From Tubulanus polymorphus (taxonomy: Eukaryota > Animalia > Nemertea): a stretch of 64,000 nucleotides of DNA. Both the position numbers and the translations under genes were made by a program. The stretch is taken from the NCBI RefSeq assembly GCF_964204645.1, contig NC_134029.1, positions 2,294,001 through 2,358,000 of the forward strand, read 5' to 3'. The notes beneath the pieces were generated by a model. It was not told the origin of the DNA. It did not search any database and saw only the letters and a program-made list of their open reading frames with translations. Below, piece by piece: positions 41,279 through 55,467 of the stretch (positions are counted from its first letter, which is position 1; each line of letters starts with the position of its first letter).

Positions 41279-41412
41279 TCAACGTGGCGCTGAGACGGAT
41301 CTTGGTGGCTTTTTCTCAAATATCAATTCATCATCGTCATCAACGATATTGTCTATGTCGTTGCTTAAGCCGACACCTAGTCGCCCGTGGGCGCCTCGAT
41401 TATCAGCAGATT
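41279..41412 (-). CDS. Candidate terminal exon of an unidentified minus-strand gene (xSADNRGAHGRLGVGLSNDIDNIVDDDDELIFEKKPPRSVSAPR*)
   Basis: Minus-strand acceptor catattttcag|, open phase-1 frame to TGA, protein-like acidic DDDDELIF motif. No upstream exons identified with confidence. Confidence 0.4.
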
Positions 41413-42196
41413 CTGAAAATATGAATTTTCTTATCTCAGTTAATTAATACGTCAAATAAACTCATTAACTGAACCACCACAGCGAAAGCATCATAACTTC
41501 CAAGTATGTCCGTACAAGTAACGTTATATGCCGCTGAGTGGTCAAATCAGTAATTTGCAAGTAATTTGATATCCGATGTCCATCTAAGAGAAGTGGCATA
41601 GATTTAGTCCTGAGAAGAAACATCTGTAGCTTATTATCTGAAATTAGAGTCTGTTCGTGCAATCTGTTTAAGATGTGAAAGAAGATATATTAATCTATAT
41701 ACTGATGTAAATCACGAACGAGAAAATAACTTCTTCATATTTCGGCTGAAAGGAGAAATGTTTAGATCTCTTGCATGTAACGATAGCCCTACTCGATTTC
41801 CTACCGCAGCAATAAATAGCCTTTAGTTCAGTTGCACAGTCGAGAACGTTTGTTAGATGCAGGGCCAGTGTTCCATAACCAATCTAACGCCTTGAGTCTC
41901 GGGATTTAAAACCACTATTTGACCTCGATCATTGACTTACTGAAGATGTTACTTGACACATTGTTGCACGTGTAAGAAGTACCGGTACAAACTCGAGCGT
42001 TTACGTAAGGAGATTTCTATGGCTTAGTTTTGGTACAAGAAGTAGGAACATCGAACTGCGTTAGATTATGACCGTCTGGTGCTGCCCCTATATCAACCGT
42101 TGGCGGCGATCTATACATTACTTCCGATAATACGTATTTCAAAACTACTACAAGATAGTAGATCCGTGGTAGATCAAAGCATCAACTGCGAAATAG

Positions 42197-42340
42197 AGCA
42201 GCCCAGAAATCTATAATAAGTACGTAGCCCACAGCAGCCCAGAAATCTATAATGAGTACGTAGCCCACAGCAGCCCAGAAATCTATAATGAGTACGTAGC
42301 CCACAGCAGCCCAGAAATCTATAATGAGTACGTAGCCCAC
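42197..42340. repeat. Tandem repeat, 36-bp unit agcagcccagaaatctataatgagtacgtagcccac x4
   Basis: Four copies with one substitution in total and no spacers. Confidence 0.98.
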
Positions 42341-45300
42341 AGGCCGACTTTATCTAATAGAACATTTTCACGAATAAATCATAACCGTAAGTTGCTTCAT
42401 CATCATCACACGCGACAAACTCTTTAAGCTTATTAGTCTGAGATTTGGTCAAACTGTAATTAATGACATAGCTGGAAATGTCTCCATATCGATAAAACGA
42501 ATAGAATATGAAGGACAACTCTTCACTTGACATGTAGCAGTTCCTACACAGTGTCCAATCGACGCGTCACGAGGGGAATGCGCGTTGGGAATTCGTTTAA
42601 TTGATTTATAATGAAAAACAATATGTTTCCTAATAGAACGATGCGACCTTCGTGACATTCACTGAAAAGGTATTCAAAATATTGTCACCAAAAACCTCCA
42701 GAGTGAAATATGGATGAACAATATCTGTTATTTTTCTTCATCCTAACCTGTAAGACAAGCAACCTTTAAATTAAGAATCTGAGAATGTTCAGAAGTTAAT
42801 CTGAGAAACTATGACGCATTCTTGTGTAGCGAAAACATACACTCAGTTACAAGTTTTCTAGCCTCTCGAGCATCCCAGTCACTATCATTGCATCTCTCCC
42901 AGGAATCTTACGTTATTGCCAGAATCATTCTAGTTCTTTTCCTTAGACTTCGCACTGTTAATGCTTTTTTGTACGAGCAAGCTTCTCCATATAGATTCAC
43001 TCTACACTTGAACTTGAACTTTTATTTTATTGCTCCGAATATTGACAAATCAAACATAGGAAATGCATGCAATAAAATATTAACAACAATACTGGACTAT
43101 AGGACATATAGAGTTTATAGGAAACCAACGTAAGCGCTATCTTGACGCCGTGATGTTACGTTTTTAAGGCGTTTAATGAAAAGTTTTTTCATTCTTGTAT
43201 CTATTACATTCGCTCGTTGACGATTTGTTTCCTGCTTCAATTTTTCATCCCTCTTCGCGGCGACGATCGCGGTGAAAGACGACATTCATTAGTCGCGCGA
43301 AATCCGTATCAACCGTGGAACCGCGGTGAAAGTGTCGGATATATCTCAGTCTATAATCCCTAAATATACCAGTAATAAATCACTAATCAACTTCCAGTAG
43401 CGGCGGATACAATATTTCAGTATTTCATGTCGGATTCTAGATATTAAATGTAACTAATTTCTATCGTCTGATGTTATGGTGATATTTAATGCTGTAAGAA
43501 ACGTTAATCCTTTGTTAGTTTATATATAGGCATTCCCTAGCATATAAAAAAAACTCGTTGCAACATCATTTGGAGTCCACAAAGATCTTCCTCTGAAAAG
43601 TAGACATGCCTGAAGTATGATATCTTTAAGTTCTTCAGTGTGTTCTTTCAAACGAAGACTCGGCGGTTTTTTTTCGTATGGCCAGCTTGTTTTCGAACGC
43701 ATCAATAACGACGATGTTGGTGGGTTTGGTCGGACAGGGGTTCGTGTATCACGACTAGAGTCTCAGAGGTTCAAAGATAAATATTGATATCAATATTATA
43801 ATGATCTCTGTTAAGAATTACTGGCAGTAAATCCTCAGAGATCGGCAATAATCTAATTGCATAAGGATTATGATATCTGCACGAAATTTAATGTGAATGA
43901 GATTTGGAGGAATTGGGAGCGTATGGGGTTAGCCAGAACCGAACGAGTGTGATAGACCCGCACCGTACACGAGAATGCCCGTTAACGCTCATTCTAAATC
44001 AATGATCGATCATAACATCATTATTATTTTCTATGCTTAATGACAATTTCATCTGAATAGCTGAAAAAATTCAAAACAGCGTCGTCGACATTGGCATGAC
44101 TCATTTGATATTCTTTCGTTTGTTCTATTCGAATTGTAGTAATATTATAATGTATGGTGACTAGGAACGTGTAAACAACATCGTATAATAGTCGTTTGTT
44201 TTCATGGTCGATGAAATCTGCGACCAGGGACTGAATAATTTCATCATTCAACACAGAATGACATTATTAATGTTATAAGTACACATTTATCATTCGGTAA
44301 ATCCCCCGTTAACGATATTTCGATTCTTCATTTTCAACTATAAATTCAGCCGGTTGTGTAAATAAACGCGCTTTCTAGTAAATTAAATCAACTCAATATA
44401 AAATGATGATCGAGTGATGAGGAGTTTGTATAGCGGCGTGCGCTTCGCAGTCGTGACGTCACATCAGTCGAAAATACATAACACGATTCAGAATAAAAAT
44501 GCGAACAGAAAATATCAAAGAGTAATGCTATCAATTCATTTTATCTAGATCAGGAGATCTGTGTAACATCCCCTCCCACCAATCCCACATTTTCAAATAG
44601 TAAAAACTTCGTGCAGAAATGTCAAAGCAATTAGATTATTGTCGATCTCGGGCTCAGATCCAAAGAACGAACGTGAACGATCTCTATGCAAGTTAAACTA
44701 TAACATTCAATATAATTTAATCTGTTTACACCCAAACCCATTACAGGTAAAACTCCGTAGACAGGTACCCCCTCTATCCTCTCCAAGGTTAACTAAATCT
44801 GAACCCCGTCCATGTGTACCCTCACTCATCAGGTAACCCCAACCCTCTTCTCTTATGTAGTTGTCAAATTTCTACTCTTCAAATCGCGAAAGCGTTCTCA
44901 ATTGTGTAATTATCGATGATAACGAATTCATATACGTCGATATATATGAAAAATCCATAACAGATTAAGACCAAAACGGGTTTGCCTGTGAGCAATAGAG
45001 CAATTACAAGACTGATCCTTCCATAGAGAACGATACGTTTCCGTTTCTTATTTTCACATGTATACGAAATTGTCTAATAGTTGTTCATGTTCTTTTAGAC
45101 AAATTGCCCCTCGATGCGACGCGATATACACCCATACATACATATATACCGCCTGTTCAATGGTTGTGACTTCCGTCGAAGCGGCCATTACATCTCTCAC
45201 CCAGTTCATTTCCTGCATCCACTTTTCCTGCTATTAATTCATCCGTGCCCGCGCTAAATGTCGTCTAACATTAGACGCACTGAATCGCTACCGGAATCAC

Positions 45301-46969
45301 TGGTTATCTTCTGCCCGCGGATATATACGTATTTTACGTTGTTCAGTGGCCAGAACGTCCTCGGAGAAAAATCGTTTGATTCGTTTCTGTCGCGTGTGCA
45401 GTTTTGGATTATCAGTTTATCAGGTTATATACGGTATATTCTGTAGCGCGGTATAAGATGTCGTATTTCTATGTGATGGCTCTTATTAAGGTTTAGGTTC
45501 ACGGACGAGGTCGTCGCTTTCAAAACGTTCTTAGATATTAGAAATGCAAGTTTGACAGGAGAATTACCATCTGATAACCATTGATGAAACACTGTCTGTG
45601 TTACGATAATATAGAAATAATCCCTCTATGCAGATGAAAGAAAAATCAGCCTCTTAACTTACCTAAGGCTTCCAAGCAGGGCGCAACTGTGGTCCCGAAA
45701 TTACGGGAAAAGGTTAACAACTTAAGGTCGTAGAAATCGCAGAAAAAGGTGTTTTTAGTTTATGTAAACCTCTGGCTTATGTGTCAGAGGTACAGTTCTG
45801 CAAACAAATGATGTCTGGCACTATGACAAGAAAGATAAGGCTCGTCTACCAGCGCCGAAATAGTTTGAAGCGAAAAGTATATACTTCTCCAGGTAGGTTC
45901 GTTCACAAATCAGCCGAGGGGCGGAAAATTAAAGAAAAAAAAACGGTTTCGGTAGATAAGAGATGGGAGCTCAATAGCGACCTGTAGATTTTGATGGCGA
46001 CTTGTTGAAGCAGGCTGACTACCAGTCGATTCATCGTTAATCGTTACGGATAAAAAAAGGGAAACCAGTTAACGGAATAATTTACCCTCGAAGTTGATTA
46101 ATGAATAAATGGTAATCATATACATCACACATCTGACCTCGGATCCACAGTTTACGGGTTCGTTATGAATCTGAACCTCTTCCAAAGTTGTGTGGGTTTT
46201 AATTGACCCTCGATCCACTTCTGCACAGTTAGTTGTGTGGGTTTTATTTGACCCTGAATTCAGTTCCAGAATTGTGTATGTTAGATACTCAACTCCCGAT
46301 CCCATTTCACAGTGTTGTGTGGGTTCAATTCGAATATTTGTAGTAAAATACAACTTAAAAAAAAGAATGAATACACGTGAGTTAGAAACGTGTCTTTTGC
46401 TTCATTTTCACGTTCAGTTTTCTGTGTATAAAATACTGATCGACTCATTCCTCTCTCCTCACTGAATGACGCAGGAAACTTGCACTACGTGACCGCGTGT
46501 TGATCAACGACTGCAAAAAATGACGGCAATTATCCTGACGACGAAACTCGTCGTAGTTTATACTTCGATTATTTATACCCCGACCGGCAATATCAATTGT
46601 CGCCGCATTAAATCAGAACGACTCAGTTGTAAGGAAATATTTGCGATTAATTCGGACTCGTATTCACACGATAGAATAGTTTAATTTTTGCTGCAATAAA
46701 CCCATTTAAGAGTAATGTACCGGGAATAATATAAAATAAATAGATTTATTGATGACGCTATTGCGTATTGAGTGACTGTACTGAACCGAGTATACCAGCG
46801 TACCAGTTCACCGTGTGCGCATGTGCGACGTATACGTGAGGTGTGCTTCTCCATCGAGTTAATATCTTACAATAAACATTTACCCAATATCTTCGAATTT
46901 CCTTGTTTAACAAACTTCAGTCACCACCGGTTCACTCAGATTTCTAAATTTGCTCCGAGGTAGGTAAGA

Positions 46970-47322
46970 GTGGAACTGAGTTCTGAGTGGAACTGGATCC
47001 TGTACCGTGGAACTGGGTTCTGAACTGTGGAACTGGATCCTGTACCGTGGAACTGGGTTCTGAACCGTGGAACTGGGTTCTGAACTGTGGAACTGGATCC
47101 TGTACCGTGGAACTGGGTTCTGAACTGTGGAACTGGATCCTGTACCGTGGAACTGAGTTCTGAGTGGAACTGGATCCTGTACCGTGGAACTGGGTTCTGA
47201 ACTGCGGAACTGGGTTCTGAACTGTGGAACTGGATCCTGTACCGTGGAACTGGGTTCTGAACTGTGGAACTGGGTTCTGAACTGCGGAACTGGATCCTGT
47301 ACCGTGGAACTGGGTTTTGAAC
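46970..47322. repeat. Minisatellite of two alternating 20-bp units (gtggaactgggttctgaact / gtggaactggatcctgtacc)
   Basis: About 18 units sharing a gtggaactgg core. Confidence 0.97.
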
Positions 47323-50300
47323 GGTGAAACAGGTCAATGATATGTATTCTTCTCTGGGATGTCTCAAGATATCTGGACCTAAAATTGACGCTTAAGTTAA
47401 AATTAGTTCTTTCTAAATGGATTAACTCTCATCGACTGCTTTCAAATCTACGTCAAATCTGAACTCATAACTGATGAACTGGGTCCTGATGAACTTTACT
47501 AAACTAAATGATTATTGTACAACGGGGCCAAGGTCCGACAGAACTATTCATTGCCTCGTCCACACGTATCCAGTGTTACTTCGATCGAATCATGACGTCT
47601 GAGACTGATATAAAACCAATGAATGGATTCCGATGGTTGTATTTATTGTGATCGCGCGGAGTGGTGAATAGTAAGGCTGCTCAGTAATCTGGCCCGGCTT
47701 ATTGTCATCAATCCCATTAGATTGTTACGTACAATGAGCAAAGATGCCTCGATCGTCCGAATCGTATCCAGGGTTCACGTTTATCCATAGAATCCTAATC
47801 CTAATCCTAATCCGGTGCTGCGGGAATTTTGTTTATATCGATCCCGAACCTGTCAGCGAAAAAAAAAACGGGATTTATCGCCGCGCCTGCGCACTCGAGC
47901 GAGTCCGGATGGCTCGCTGTGTTACTAAAACAGGTGTTTTCATTTACTTAACTGTGATAATCCAATGAACTTTAATGGATTTTGATCGTGAAAAATTGCC
48001 GTTTTAAGCATGATAAATGCGCCTAATACCACAGCGAATGGATCGTAAATCACCTATTACGCGATGACAATGTAACGCTACCCGTATCCGTTGCCAATTT
48101 TAATCATCGCGTCTTAACGCCGGGAAATTAATGAACACCGTTGAAAAGAAACGGAGGTTGAATTATGTTTTGCGTGATAGAAATCCATAACTGTCCGCGA
48201 TTAGAGAAATTTAATGAGTTCGCGTACGCGCGCGCTCTCAGAAACAGCGATGAACTATCAGGGGGTCTTATACCACACGGTATTGATACTTCCCTCTTCG
48301 ATGAAAGCGCTATTAAAGTCAAGCGACGAAATTGATTTGCGTTCGGTTGAATTTCGAGTTTATTTTAATGACGATGACGACGTCGTTGATTTTCGATAGT
48401 GATTTACGATTCAGAGTCGCGTCTTGCACCCGATATTCGAGTGTTTGGCAATTTGCATCGATTTGCTATTGATTTGAAAATATCCAACGGATATCGAATC
48501 CGAAGAAGAGATTGGCCTAAAATCCAGAAAATAGGGGGAAAACTATATATAAATGAATGTGTGAATGCCCTAGAAACAGCGAAAGTGATTTTTTGTTGAA
48601 TTACTGAGAAGGATCGAAGTTGTGTAGTGACGTGGTTGTGTAACGATGACGCTAGAATGAGACGAGATGTAGAATAACATCGCTTTCCCATCACTCGCTA
48701 CTTCTACCATTCGACTGTAACAACAAGAATCAGTACGCAACACTAAACAACGACATTCTCGTGTTTTCACGTATTTCTCCATTTAGATAAAGGTTCGGGT
48801 TGAAGCCATCGTTTTACATTTCAGCTGAACTTGTACCCGATGCAGGATAGCAACGGGATGTCAACCGTTAAGTTCTGTGTGCACGGGTTCCCGGTTGAGA
48901 GGATTATTGTGACTTTTTAGTCTTCTAAACTAACTCTAACTGCATTGTTTTAGCATCGTCTCACGAGGACATGAATAATTGAAATGACAAATTCGACTAT
49001 TTGAACTGACAATCAGAACCCTGGCAAATACTCAGTGAAAACGTGGAATGATTTGTCGTTATATGTAGCTGTGTTTGTGTTGATTTGATAAGCTTTGCGC
49101 TTGTTGTACGATCGTAATGAACGATCTATAAGCGAAATGAAAAGAAAACTCGTCGCAAGAGGCAATAATCCTCGAAAAAACAACCGACTAATCTTTAATA
49201 CAAATGTTTGGTCACATCTGATTCCTGTATCATGTCGGCCATATAGACACTAGCAGTGCATCGTCCGAGCAGCATCATCTGTTGGAGAGTCTCATTATAT
49301 TCTCTGTAAAGAGAGTATCAGAGTGCATTCTCGAATTAAGACGAATCCACGCCATTGTCAAACTCATAATGAAATTCTTGATAAAGGGCCTATTTCCATA
49401 GATGCAGAAGTCACCAGACGTAGAATATACAAAATATCCAATGATCGGTTCACTGATTCTTGAAGACGCGTAATATCTCTGATCAGATAATATAAGGCTG
49501 AAGGTTAATTGATCATATCCAAATCCAGCTCATGACGTCGACAAAATGCGATAATCTCTTAATGATCTTCCGGTTTATGAGTTGTCAAGGCCACACACCA
49601 TTTAATCGGCAGAATTTTCTGGCTTAGAATATCCGGGCATTTATTTCCCAGGTTTTAGTGTTTGAATTTAGAAATATCAGTAATAGTTGCATCTGCCCCG
49701 AAAACAAACTTAGTGCGTGATATTAATTCATATAATGGTAGCGGCAAAGCCTCTCGTCAAACAACAGACGTTTCTAGATATATCTCGGTTATTAAATGAC
49801 TTTCAAGAAATGTTTTAAAAGTGCACGATGTTTTTATTTCTATCTGTATGTCAGTATTTAGCCGTATTCCGTACTAATACTTTAACAAAAGAAATATCAA
49901 ATATCTAATCTTATCTGTAGCCGGGCTCGAACAGGAACTGAATGTGTCTGTTTACATCTTGTAATATCTCAACGCTTTTCGACAAAAATATAGATTTATA
50001 TATGCGATTATTAATTCAACGTGAAAGTGTCGTTATTCATATCAGATCTAAATCACCACCATCGGATCTGAGACTGACGATTTCCGTCTTCAGCGCGCCT
50101 CCGCGTGAGGAGCTGTCGTTTTAAAAGAACTAATCCTCTTACCAGAGGAGAACTGTTCCCTGCCGTTATAAAGTGCGGGGTCTAATTATAACCAAGCCAG
50201 GCTCAGGTGTCGGCGAAACCGACCAAGTAGACTTTCGACGCGTTACTAGAAACATTGAGTACGCATTAAAAACTGTCGATTCGATAGCGAGCCCGTAATC

Positions 50301-53300
50301 GAATTGTCTTATTTTTCCTACTTTCCAATAAAACCAAGCGCGTTTCTGATCATTTTGGGTTGTTTTAACGGTAGTTCGTGGCTTGTACTTTGCTTTTAGC
50401 CGTGTGAATTGCCTCTCCAGTGTAAAATCAACCTCGATGTTAACATCTGGGACCCGGTATGAAGTGACTCGACTATCATCGACCAAGTTGATGACTGCAA
50501 TTTTCTCCGTAACAATTTCTCAGTGCTTTAGTGTAATATATACGAATGAAAGTCTTGTGCGGGATTAAGTCTAATTATTTTCTCGCTGCTAAATTGGCTT
50601 GATTTCAGACTATACGAAGTTACAGATGATGAGTATTACTTTCTTTTCTCGTTATTTACTTCAAATCTTTTCATCTCTTTAATGTACATATATTTCTGTG
50701 TCTATATACAGGATTCGACAGCGACTGTTCGCGCCAATGTCTCTCGGCGCGTCGCGATTTCCTGCAATGAAAGTGAAAACCGATTAAAAGACGATTCTAC
50801 TCCGGTTATAAGAAGATTCAATTTTATCCCGGTCGAAAATTCAATTTTTCTCAAAGTAGATTCAGCGATCGGAGTTGATGTTCACCCGGCGTCAATTTAC
50901 ACCTTTACAAAGCGACTGTGATTGATTCTCGTCTGGTGTTTCGTGAAGCGTTCGCTGAAATTAGATTACTCGTTTAAAACGCACCGAAAAAAGGCTTTAA
51001 AAGGATTTGCCCGCGAAAACGGTCGCCAGCAGGTTCTATCACTCCGGATCTCATTCACTCGGTTAATAGAAAGTTCAACCGAGAAATTAAACTTTGAATA
51101 GTTTTCTACTTCTGTCGGATCTTCGATAGTTAAACTCTACAAACTGTCTAATTCTTAAGTTCTGCCAATATAGTTATAGCCAATAGACTGTCTAATTTAG
51201 AAATTCTATCAAACCCATAGAGACAGCTTTTGTCTATTTGTGAAAGTCATGCCTAATATAGATTAGTATCAGCCACTGATTGTCTATTTCTGAAATGATA
51301 ATGTCCATCGAAACCGAGATGATTTCACATGTGATCGTTATGTGTTACTGGGGCAGCCAGTCGCGGTCGTTAAGTTTATAGCAGGCATTCCCTCCTTAGA
51401 ATCGAGCATTTACATTAGCCAGTCGAACATTACCGTTTCCTGTAAGGAAAAACATCATCGCAGTCTATGGCGACTTATCTTGTTCGGTGATCTGTACATT
51501 AGCATCGATAAAGGTTTCCGGAGCCCATCGACTTGGACAGAATGACGAAGAATGTCCTCATCAACATCCTCGATTGCCAGGGCCTCTGTTTATCTCAGTC
51601 TCCCCGGAGGTGCCACTATCTACCTCTCGAGGAGACCCGTTGTTATCTGCATTCTCTCCGTTTCCTCTGTCCTCATATCTCTTTCGTATCTGTCTGCGTT
51701 ATCTTATACAGATAGAACCAGCTGTTTAATGACACCGCTTCACAGGCGTGACCTGTCAACGTTCATCGTCGATTCCAGAAAGAGAGAAGTTTTCTGGTGC
51801 CACGAATTTCAATCGCTATTCCTGTTGAACACACAGTGGGATAGTTTTTACAAACACCATTTTTGCAAAACCATTCCCATAAATACCCCTTAGAATATAA
51901 AGAATTTAGACCAGTTGGGTGCAGGACATAATCATCGATTTCCATCAATAAAATTCAATAAAAGTCATCACATCCAAAAATGAATTTCAGGGGCCAATTC
52001 CATAGTGTTCTTTGTTAAGATTTAACTCTAAGAACAGTGAAATGAATCTAACTTTATAACTCAACAATCATCATGGCACATTTTTTGAATTTACTGACAA
52101 TGCGTTGAGTTCTGTTAAATTGTTTTTATCATGTCGAATTTGTTATTTTTACATTTTGTACTGGTTGATAATGATTTTATAAACCTCTGTTATTATTAGT
52201 AAAATAATTTAACGTTGTATCATGAAATCGATATCGTGCCGAATAGAATGTGATCACATAATTATTATATTCTATATTTCTTATTATGTGCAATTCATTT
52301 TACTTCAATTCTATAATTTTGATAATGTTTTGGGCGTTGTAGAATTTTTCACAACGTTAAATTTGTCATATCTACATGTCACAGTCTTATTTCAAAGAGA
52401 TTCCTTTCTAGTTAGACGAAATATTCATAGATTTTGTAATCCATTGCTTTACAGAAGATAAGACATTTTTCCATACCAAGCGATATACAAAAAACAAATG
52501 TATCATATATACCAGACTTTCGGACGGAATAAATATACATTGATTTAAACCTTATTCAGGTTAAATGTCTTCTAGAATATCGGGTATCACTCAACTACAC
52601 CAGAAACCTTTCAAATTGATTTTTTGTGCATATTGCATAAACACTTTTGGCGCATGAAAAAAGCAATGTGTTTTATTCATTATGACTCTTTGAGTTTGAT
52701 AGAAACTGAACCCTTTCACAGGCTTTTAGAATCGTGTAGGACGAAAAGCATGAGTTTCCCGATGGTTCCTCGGGCTGATGGCGACCGTTGCTCAAAAGAT
52801 TCAAACTTTCTTCACGGTTTCATATAATTTTACACTCTTTAATTATTGACTTTAATGCCCGGAGGATTTCCCATGGAGGGAACGACTTTTATCCCAACTG
52901 TACGCTCGACTGCCGCCTACTGTCTGCTCGGCGTGATGCGGATATGTTTGACGATAGAAAAATATCCGCCCTGGAAAATCATGCGGAATTATCTCTTGAA
53001 ACTGTTAATTCGAGCGTGTTGTAAAAGGTCGGTGTTTCCACACGACGCCAGGGTTGAAAATTTCCTTTTTTAAAGAAAAAAGAAGATCGAAGTCGTAGAA
53101 GCTACGAGGCTAACAACACCCGGCTGCCGCCGCTGTGGAGCTGTATCAATTTATTAACATTCTCAGATCGTACTTGACTCATCGCCTGAAAACACGACTT
53201 CCGAATTGAAGACACGACGTTCCAATAATGAATTAGTGTTTTATTCGCGCTGAGTCGATGTTCAACGGCCGCAGAAAGAAAATAATACGCTCGATAAGAA

Positions 53301-54762
53301 TCCCGGAAGGTCTTCCGGCGTTGTAGTAATTTTGCGGGTTCAGCCGCGGCGTCAACATTGACATAGAAAAAAATAACAAGTTCTGCAGATTTAGAATTTA
53401 ATACGCCGATGACACGAGTCCATTCCGCGTTTCCCCTTCCATTTGCAATAAATTGCTTGGGTTTTTTCACGATATTTGAACCGAAGAAAAAGAGACATTT
53501 GCGGTTCGTAACCTGACAGTCTCAAGGGTCTTGGTCAAATTTGACTCCAGATTCGCCGGTTAGTACTTCCAGCCACCGCGCTTACATGGCAGCACCTGAC
53601 AGTCCCTCTCCTGGTTACCGGCAATACAAACAATTGTTCGTTCTTGCAGATATCTAGCGGGTATTCTCAGGCGATTCTCATGCTGAATGAAATAGCAAAA
53701 CGAATTGCGTATCTTGTTATTAACGTAGAACAAGAGTTTGGTTTTGTCAATCTGATTTAGAAAATAAACAATCGCCAATTGTTGTAAGATATATTTTCGG
53801 GTGTTTATCCACTAACGAATGAGGTGAATTTAACTAGATTTTTAATGAAATGTGAGTCAACTGTTAACCGCGCACCACCGGGGCCGAATGATGAATAAAT
53901 TAATATCTAATATTGTTCCGTTCTAACAAGCACTAGGTGAAGGTACTGTGAATAAATGGAAATCAATATGAGCTCAGTCTACTAACTGCAAGGTGTTGCC
54001 ACCCAACTACAGTACAGCGCTCATGACTACACGTACACGTACAAGTCCCATCTGTGGATGACGGTCGGTCGCCATTTTAACCGATGATAATAACAATGTT
54101 TATGCCATAGCGAAATACATCTTTTCTATCTATTATCGAGGTGGGTAGAACTATTATTATAAGATAAACATTCTAAATTACATAACTAAATCACTCGCTT
54201 ATTAACATCTTGTACAAAGGTTTCATCAATTTCTACAGCGACAATCCTGTGCACTGCCATCAATAATCTTGGCCTTATAGAATAACAATTATAATTTTGG
54301 CATTCAATTTGTTATTCAATATATTTCGTGACTCTTATTTCATTTTTGATAAACTAATTTTCAAATACTTTTTTTGAAAGGATACACGCTACGTGATCGA
54401 TATATCGGGGCTAGGCTGGTTGCTGGTCAATTCAATTCAGTTATGAATATACTCAAATCCATAATAACTAATTATCCTAGATATTACATCATTTATATTA
54501 CCGGTTCATACGATGAGTAATTATGCTTTCGGGCAATATAGACGTATAGAGGTAGTCTGTACGTGTGCAAGATTTTAATCTATTTTTATTATGAACACGC
54601 ATTCCATCAAACGAAACATTTCAGGATATATTCCAGCTGAGATAAACAACCCAAAAAACGTTAGAGGGCGAAGGGATCGTTTCAAGAAACGACTGTATAT
54701 CTAATTCCTTGATTTGAACGTTTTGCAGGGGAAATCTCGGCTTCCTAAATCACGGCTTCGCG

Positions 54763-55467
54763 ATGGAGATGTCTCGAGTTTATCACACGAACTATGTTCG
54801 CAATTCCCGAGCGATCGGGGTCATGTGGGGAATATTCACTGTTTGTTTCGGTATCATAAACATCGTCGTTTTTATTCAGCCTCAATGGATCGGCGATACC
54901 CCGACCAGTCCCGGTACTGGACACTTCGGTCTGTACGAATACTGCGAACTATTTCAAACAGGCGCTGATTTAGTATGTCAAGGAGAACTGGGAAATTTCA
55001 ATTCTATTTTGAGTAATAGTTCCCGAGCGTCGACTGTCCTGGTCGGGTTTTCAGTGGTTATTATAATGTTATGTATTTGTTTGATGGTGTTGTTTTTCTT
55101 TATAAGCACCGCACTGGTGTTCATGGTTTGCGGTTGGCTGCAGATATTCTCCGGATTGTGCATGTTCATGGCTTGCGTCATCTACCCGGCTGGATGGGAC
55201 GTCGTGGTCGTGAAGCGAATATGCGGCTCAGCGGCGAAAGGGTTCGCAATCTCAAACTGCGGGATCAGATGGGCCTATATATTAGCGATTATTGGTATAT
55301 TTGACGCGTTTGTTCTGGCTACGTTAGCGTTCGTGCTCGCTAAAAGACAAGCGAAACTATTACCTGATCACTATGATACCCATAACGGCACAGTTACTAA
55401 ATCATTCGACTATAACCACCACAGAGATTCATACTCGACCAGGAGCTCTGATAAACTCACTTGCTAA
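54763..55467 (+). CDS. LHFPL3: LHFPL tetraspan family protein (LHFPL3/4/5, TMHS-like; claudin/PMP22 superfamily), 234 aa, single-exon CDS
   Basis: N-terminal [42 protein letters not shown] and [13 protein letters not shown] motifs are characteristic of LHFPL3/4/5; four hydrophobic helices; Kozak GCGATGG; AATAAA at 56083. The paralog symbol is approximate (likely co-ortholog of LHFPL3/4/5). Confidence 0.93.
   Translation: MEMSRVYHTNYVRNSRAIGVMWGIFTVCFGIINIVVFIQPQWIGDTPTSPGTGHFGLYEYCELFQTGADLVCQGELGNFNSILSNSSRASTVLVGFSVVIIMLCICLMVLFFFISTALVFMVCGWLQIFSGLCMFMACVIYPAGWDVVVVKRICGSAAKGFAISNCGIRWAYILAIIGIFDAFVLATLAFVLAKRQAKLLPDHYDTHNGTVTKSFDYNHHRDSYSTRSSDKLTC

Noticed and set aside
42197-42340. 36-bp direct repeats of CRISPR-like length
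   Set aside because: Head-to-tail with no unique spacers, no cas genes, eukaryotic context.
44024-44254. Protein-looking 76-aa minus-strand ORF (LNDEIIQSLVADFIDHENKRLL)
   Set aside because: No recognisable family, no ATG start or convincing splice sites.
46936-47367. 143-aa ORF and repeat/spacer-like alternation
   Set aside because: Only two recurring unit types, so it is a satellite; the ORF is a repeat artefact.
50166-50494. 106-aa minus-strand ORF
   Set aside because: Purine-rich weak acceptor and no recognisable motif.
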